DNA of 63,864 bases, the filler included, from an uncultured Methanosarcinales archaeon (lineage in GTDB: Archaea; Nanobdellota; Nanobdellia; Woesearchaeales; CAYSVS01), in the NCBI GenBank assembly GCA_964434475.1. It is 5 parts of 5 records of this genome, joined end to end, with 100 filler letters (N's around TTAATTAATTAA, not from the genome) between each part and the next. Parts side by side here need not be neighbours in the genome. Positions count along the whole stretch, not along the records: positions 51,687 to 63,864 come from CAYSVS010000040.1; 4 more parts are not named here. One strand, given 5' to 3'. This document shows, piece after piece, positions 59,386 to 63,864 of the stretch (positions within the stretch are counted from its first letter, which is position 1; each line of letters starts with the position of its first letter). The notes beneath the pieces are model-generated. The model searched no databases and was not told where the DNA came from. It saw only the letters and a list, made by a program, of their open reading frames with translations. The translations under genes were made by a program, and so were the position numbers.

Positions 59386-59964
59386 TCATTTAGTTCTTCT
59401 TTTTGTGTTAGATGTTCTTGAAGGCCTTAACTTTTCAGCACCTTTGCCTTTGTTTCTCAAACCTCTGCTTTTTTTACCAGCAGAAGTCAACCCTCTAGCA
59501 GCTCTTCTTTTTTTTTTAGTGATCCATTTGATATTCCTATCTTTCTTTATCACAGGATGAGCTTTATCTACAAGAATAATCTCGAACCAATGATATTTAC
59601 CATCAGAAGCTACCCAATAACTATTAAGAACTTCACAATTAGGATATTTCCTATTGCATCTTTCTTCAGCAATATTTTGATAACTTTTGTCAAGATCTAC
59701 CCTTTTCTTTCTTCTCTTTGGCCTTCTTTTCCTAAAAGACTCCTTAGTCTTTACATGTCCGCCTCTAAGAATCTTCTGTCTTACTATCAGATAGCCTTGC
59801 TTTGCCTTATATCCTAAGCTTCTTGCCCTATCAACTCTAGTAGGATATACTAACCTAACAGTAACTGGCTCTTTTCTCCATCTAATCAGCCTTTGTCTCC
59901 AGATGTCCTGAAGATTTTCTCGTGGTTTTTTCCACATCTTTCTTACATATTTGTAAAATCCCAT
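59386..59964 (-). CDS. rpl15e: 50S ribosomal protein eL15
   Basis: PTRVDRARSLGYKAKQG, VLNSYWV, RGLTSAGKKSRGL. Confidence 0.98.
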   Translation of the reverse strand: MGFYKYVRKMWKKPRENLQDIWRQRLIRWRKEPVTVRLVYPTRVDRARSLGYKAKQGYLIVRQKILRGGHVKTKESFRKRRPKRRKKRVDLDKSYQNIAEERCNRKYPNCEVLNSYWVASDGKYHWFEIILVDKAHPVIKKDRNIKWITKKKRRAARGLTSAGKKSRGLRNKGKGAEKLRPSRTSNTKRRTK

Positions 59965-60061
59965 ATCATATCACCATTTAAGAGATTCAGGCTTGGCTAT
60001 TTGCCCACATTTCTCTGATAAACATACGTTTATTTAATACATTTATAAATTTTATTGAAAT

Positions 60062-60196
60062 TCATAGAGCAATATCTTCATCCAGGTAATCAGAATTGTT
60101 TATTACCTTTTCTCTTATAATCTCAACCTCAGCATTTTTTAGCTGAAAAATATGCCTTTCCCACTCAATATCTGGCTTATTTTGTGACTTAAACAT
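60062..60196 (-). CDS. 44-aa hypothetical microprotein
   Basis: GGGGGTG RBS; MFKSQNKPDIEWERHIFQLKNAEVEIIREKVINNSDYLDEDIAL*. Confidence 0.5.
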   Translation of the reverse strand: MFKSQNKPDIEWERHIFQLKNAEVEIIREKVINNSDYLDEDIAL

Positions 60197-60462
60197 ATGC
60201 AACACCCCCAACAAAGATTATTGTTTTGCAATTATATAAATCTTACTAATGCGTAAAATAAATTAAAAACATCTACACAATATCCAAAAGAACAAATACA
60301 TACAAAACTTTTGAAAATACCAAATAAATTTAATATAAACGAGACTTCGCAAGTGAATTTAATTTATTCAAGAAAAAAACGCAATATAATCTATGTTAGA
60401 TGTATATACAATACTTCTTTAAGTACGCAGAGTATATAATTTAAAAAAACTTTTTTTCAACC

Positions 60463-60816
60463 ATGCAAAACAAAAGAAAAAAGCAAGAATATAAAGTAAT
60501 TAAAAACATTTCTGATATAATCACACACACACCAATAGATAGAAATCACCTATATTCTGCAATAGACACTCTTGCAGACATTTTTGAAAAGGACATGAAA
60601 ATACAATATGGACTTTCACAAGATACCAGAAAAAGCGAGATCAAAAAAAAATATTTCAGATTTGCAGTCAGAGAAGGAGAAACCAAACAAGAAACAGAAA
60701 TAGGATTAGCTAACAAAATATATTATGTATTGAAGAAAGCTATAGAAGAGGTCAAAAAAGAAGGCAGAAACTATAAAGACATAGAAACAAAAGCCTTAGA
60801 GATAGTTTATCCATAA
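60463..60816 (+). CDS. Hypothetical protein, paralog of the next ORF
   Basis: Shares AID.L...E....Q and F..R......E...G..N.IY.....AI with 60833. Confidence 0.7.
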   Translation: MQNKRKKQEYKVIKNISDIITHTPIDRNHLYSAIDTLADIFEKDMKIQYGLSQDTRKSEIKKKYFRFAVREGETKQETEIGLANKIYYVLKKAIEEVKKEGRNYKDIETKALEIVYP

Positions 60817-60832
60817 AAAAAGAGGTATTCAA

Positions 60833-61243
60833 ATGTATAACAAAAGAAAGGACCCTTATGAAAAAAGGATACAATATATTTCACAGATAAAACAAGCTTT
60901 TTCAGGAGTAAATATAGGAAACAAGATAATATGCCAAGAAGATATAGCTCCTGCAATAGACGAACTATGCAAAACAATAGAGTATGAGAGAGAATTACAA
61001 AAAAACAAACATCCAGAAGGATTGAAACATGTTAAAGTATCTTTCATAGAAAGAAAGGACCAGTCTGAAAGAGAGAATTATGTAGGCATGGTAAATATAA
61101 TATATGAAGCTATCAATAACGCCATATCAAACATCAAATCAAAATACGAAAAAGAGGGACAAATAGGAAAAAAAATTAAAACTATATCTAGAAATTATCT
61201 TGCTAAAAGATCGCAGTTGGTATATGAAAAGCAAAATTTTTGA
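60833..61243 (+). CDS. Hypothetical protein, paralog of the previous ORF
   Basis: GAGGT RBS; shared motifs as above. Confidence 0.7.
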   Translation: MYNKRKDPYEKRIQYISQIKQAFSGVNIGNKIICQEDIAPAIDELCKTIEYERELQKNKHPEGLKHVKVSFIERKDQSERENYVGMVNIIYEAINNAISNIKSKYEKEGQIGKKIKTISRNYLAKRSQLVYEKQNF

Positions 61244-61376
61244 AATAAAACTCAAACCTAAGCAAAAATACAAGAAGAACACACTTGTTACATTAGTATA
61301 CAAAAAAGTAACATTTATATATTAGTTATCATTATTGAAATAAAGCAGAAATATTCAATTTTGCGAAAAAAGCGGT

Positions 61377-62822
61377 GTGATTATATTGCAAGAGATGGAA
61401 ATTAAAAAGGATAAAAGCGAACTTATCCAGAAATTGATCGAAAATGCAGGCATACTCAAAGAGTATGATATAAACATCCCTCCTTCTTTAAATCTAAATA
61501 AATTACTAAGTCAAGACACAGAAACATTAGAAAATCAACTTCAAAAAATAAGCAAAGAACTTGCTATAAGACGAAACAAGAAAAAAACAGAAGAAGAAAC
61601 ACAAGAAAACATAATAAAATTATACAATTCATTAAACAATTATCCTACTTTTGACGAAAAAATGGAAAAGATAATTGAAAATGTTCCCATTGTATTTAAA
61701 TCAGAATACAAATTTTATATGAAAACAGACGATGAAGAGTTTGTGCTAAAATCAACAAACAAAGAAAAATTAAAGGACAGGATAAAAGGAACAGAAGATC
61801 CTTTAAAATTAAAAAAAGACAGCTTGACTGCAAGGATATTTTTGGACAGAGTGCCTAAATATATACAAGACATAGAAGAGCTAGGAATAAAACATAAGCA
61901 AGAAAGATATAGCCACAAATCAGCACTATATATACCTTTGATAAACGGTAAAGTCCACGGAGGCTTTACATTAGATATTAATCCCGAATTCTATTCTCCG
62001 AAAATCTTAACAAGATTTTATCAGCTCATCATGAGTGCATTGAAGAATGCAGAAGACTACGAGATGGTAAGAAAAGACAAGGATATAGACGGAATGACCA
62101 AGCTTTATGTTCATAAATATTTTAAGAATGAATTAAAAAAGCAAGTGAAATACGCCATGAGAAATAATAAAGACTTAAGCATATTCATGAGCGATATAGA
62201 CCATTTCAAGGAATTCAACGATACTTATGGACATCAAGCAGGAGATGAAGTACTGCAGAAGGTTGCAGAAATAGGCATTAACTTAGAAAAAAGGACAAAT
62301 GATTGTCTTGCAAGATATGGCGGAGAAGAGTTCATATGTTCATTAACAGGATCAGATTCAGAGTTTGCGCATAAGATTGCAGAGAAGTACAGAAAAAACA
62401 TAGAAGAAACAGAAATAATATACGAAAGCAAAAGATTAAATGTGACCGCAAGTTTTGGATGTACAAGCCTACATAATAATAAAGAAACAACACTTCTTTT
62501 TGGAAATAATGAAGAAAGGAAAACAGTCAATAATTATTTGATAAATGACACAGTAGAAACAACACCTGAATTATTTGAAAAATATGGAGGAAGAGACAAA
62601 CTCGAACTTTATCTTTCAAACATAAAAAATGCTTTCCTTGATTATAAGAACAGAAAAAGAGAACTCCAAAGGATAAATAATGACGATTTTTTTCAATCTA
62701 TAAACTCGAAAGAAAAAAGGCATCTATGGGAAGATATAGGGATAAATATGATGATCAAAGCTGCAGACAGTGCATTATATAGAGCAAAACACAGCGGAAG
62801 AAATCAAGTCATACAAAATTAA
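61377..62822 (+). CDS. GAF-GGDEF diguanylate cyclase with large insertion
   Basis: DGMTKLY, SDIDHFKEFNDTYGHQAGD, RTND I-site, ARYGGEEF, TASFG, AADSALYRAKHSGRN; GAF-like KSALYIPL. Confidence 0.93.
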   Translation: MIILQEMEIKKDKSELIQKLIENAGILKEYDINIPPSLNLNKLLSQDTETLENQLQKISKELAIRRNKKKTEEETQENIIKLYNSLNNYPTFDEKMEKIIENVPIVFKSEYKFYMKTDDEEFVLKSTNKEKLKDRIKGTEDPLKLKKDSLTARIFLDRVPKYIQDIEELGIKHKQERYSHKSALYIPLINGKVHGGFTLDINPEFYSPKILTRFYQLIMSALKNAEDYEMVRKDKDIDGMTKLYVHKYFKNELKKQVKYAMRNNKDLSIFMSDIDHFKEFNDTYGHQAGDEVLQKVAEIGINLEKRTNDCLARYGGEEFICSLTGSDSEFAHKIAEKYRKNIEETEIIYESKRLNVTASFGCTSLHNNKETTLLFGNNEERKTVNNYLINDTVETTPELFEKYGGRDKLELYLSNIKNAFLDYKNRKRELQRINNDDFFQSINSKEKRHLWEDIGINMMIKAADSALYRAKHSGRNQVIQN

Positions 62823-62827
62823 AAACA

Positions 62828-63634
62828 TCATAAATATTCTTTCAAAGCTTCTTCTTCGATAAAATGCAATTCTCCAGGAACTATTAGACAATGTAAAGGC
62901 GTGCCAAAATCCTCTTTAACCAAATCTTTTGCTTTGCCCGATTTAACAATATAATCATTACTGCCTAACCTTGAACAGCCTACACAGAAAGTCTCTTCTG
63001 TGAATATTTTCTCTTTTCGCTTATTTTCTATATTTAGCATAACACCTATAGCCTCATTTACAGTCATATATCTTGAAGGAAGGAACATCTTTTTGTCTTT
63101 TCTTATGTCTTCTTTGCTAGGCTCTTTTACCTTTATATCGAGCAAAAGCAAAGTATGAAGACCATTTGTCTTGTTCATCTTTACAACATCATAAGGCGTT
63201 TCAGGAAGCCAATTATCTTCAGGAAACACTATAGATGATGTCTTTCCGAATTTATAGAGCTGCAAACCAGTCACACCTATAGCAGTTAGTACTGAAGCAT
63301 TGTGTATTATCTTAACATCTATACTTAATTGTTTAGCTCTGAGCCACAGATCAGTATGTGTTGTTGCAGACATAGGATCTCCTATTACAAGAAAAACTAC
63401 ATCCTCATCTATTGCAGGCTTCAGAATATCTGTATCAGGATAGTTTTCAACCAGGTCCCTGTCAGCAAGGATTATCTTATTACCATATAATTCCTCCAAT
63501 TCTTTGATAGACGAATTCAGTTTACAGGTATAATTTTCAAGAAAAATATGCTTGGATCTTTTTATTATCTCTAATCCTTTCAAAGAAATATCTTTAGAAT
63601 CGTACAAACCTAATCCTATGAAATATAAAACCAT
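62828..63634 (-). CDS. dph5: Diphthine synthase
   Basis: LYFIGLGL, ENYT, GDPMSATTH, HNAS, GLQLYKFG, HTLLLLD. Confidence 0.97.
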   Translation of the reverse strand: MVLYFIGLGLYDSKDISLKGLEIIKRSKHIFLENYTCKLNSSIKELEELYGNKIILADRDLVENYPDTDILKPAIDEDVVFLVIGDPMSATTHTDLWLRAKQLSIDVKIIHNASVLTAIGVTGLQLYKFGKTSSIVFPEDNWLPETPYDVVKMNKTNGLHTLLLLDIKVKEPSKEDIRKDKKMFLPSRYMTVNEAIGVMLNIENKRKEKIFTEETFCVGCSRLGSNDYIVKSGKAKDLVKEDFGTPLHCLIVPGELHFIEEEALKEYL

Positions 63635-63813
63635 GAAAATTTGTGAATAATATATAATATATAAATATATTCTAAATATTTTTTATTTTTTATAACAACA
63701 CTAAAATAAAGAGTTAAACCAGTATAGTAAAAAGTATATCGCTTCAAATGCACCTAATCAATCGTATTAGAGCTTAATTAAGGATTGTACCTAAATGATA
63801 GTAAATATACAAT

Positions 63814-63864
63814 TGTGAAATTCGATAATTCTGCAAAATTTATTTGATCAAGTTGGTTTATAAA
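63814..63864 (+). mobile_element. IS-like element A terminus, copy 3
   Basis: Identical 51-nt repeat at window/contig end. Confidence 0.85.

Overview
AT-rich archaeal DNA, most consistent with a DPANN genome (Woesearchaeota-like; lineage is inferred). It carries exosome, proteasome and RNase P genes, rpo4/rpo6, eL15/eL21/eL44, Cbf5, Taw1, Dph5, class III signal-peptide pilins, and TATA/BRE promoters with GGTGA-type RBS. The window is five contigs joined by 100-nt N spacers containing a TTAATTAATTAA linker (13308-13407, 26522-26621, 39112-39211, 51587-51686), and most contig ends are repeated IS-like termini. Several genes are bacterial-type: AspRS with a GAD insertion, a tRNA-guanine transglycosylase between aspS and asnS, FabD, an acyl-CoA synthetase, dUTPase and FolC. 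A GAF-GGDEF diguanylate cyclase has an intact GGEEF/RxxD motif and an ~80-aa insertion, and is preceded by two tandem paralogous unknown genes. Contig 5 opens with an accessory island. It holds glycine-linker lipoproteins, a FimB/E-sized tyrosine recombinase separated from them by an inverted-repeat-flanked TATA promoter (candidate invertible switch), a Zn-PLC/S1-P1-like gene, a DUF4258/AbrB toxin-antitoxin pair and a tRNA 3'-end-like remnant. Also found: a cobO pseudogene, a dispersed conserved intergenic element in two copies, several microproteins below the ORF-track cutoff, and one ORF-track strand error (33956..34996 is on +). No CRISPR array, rRNA or complete tRNA was seen.
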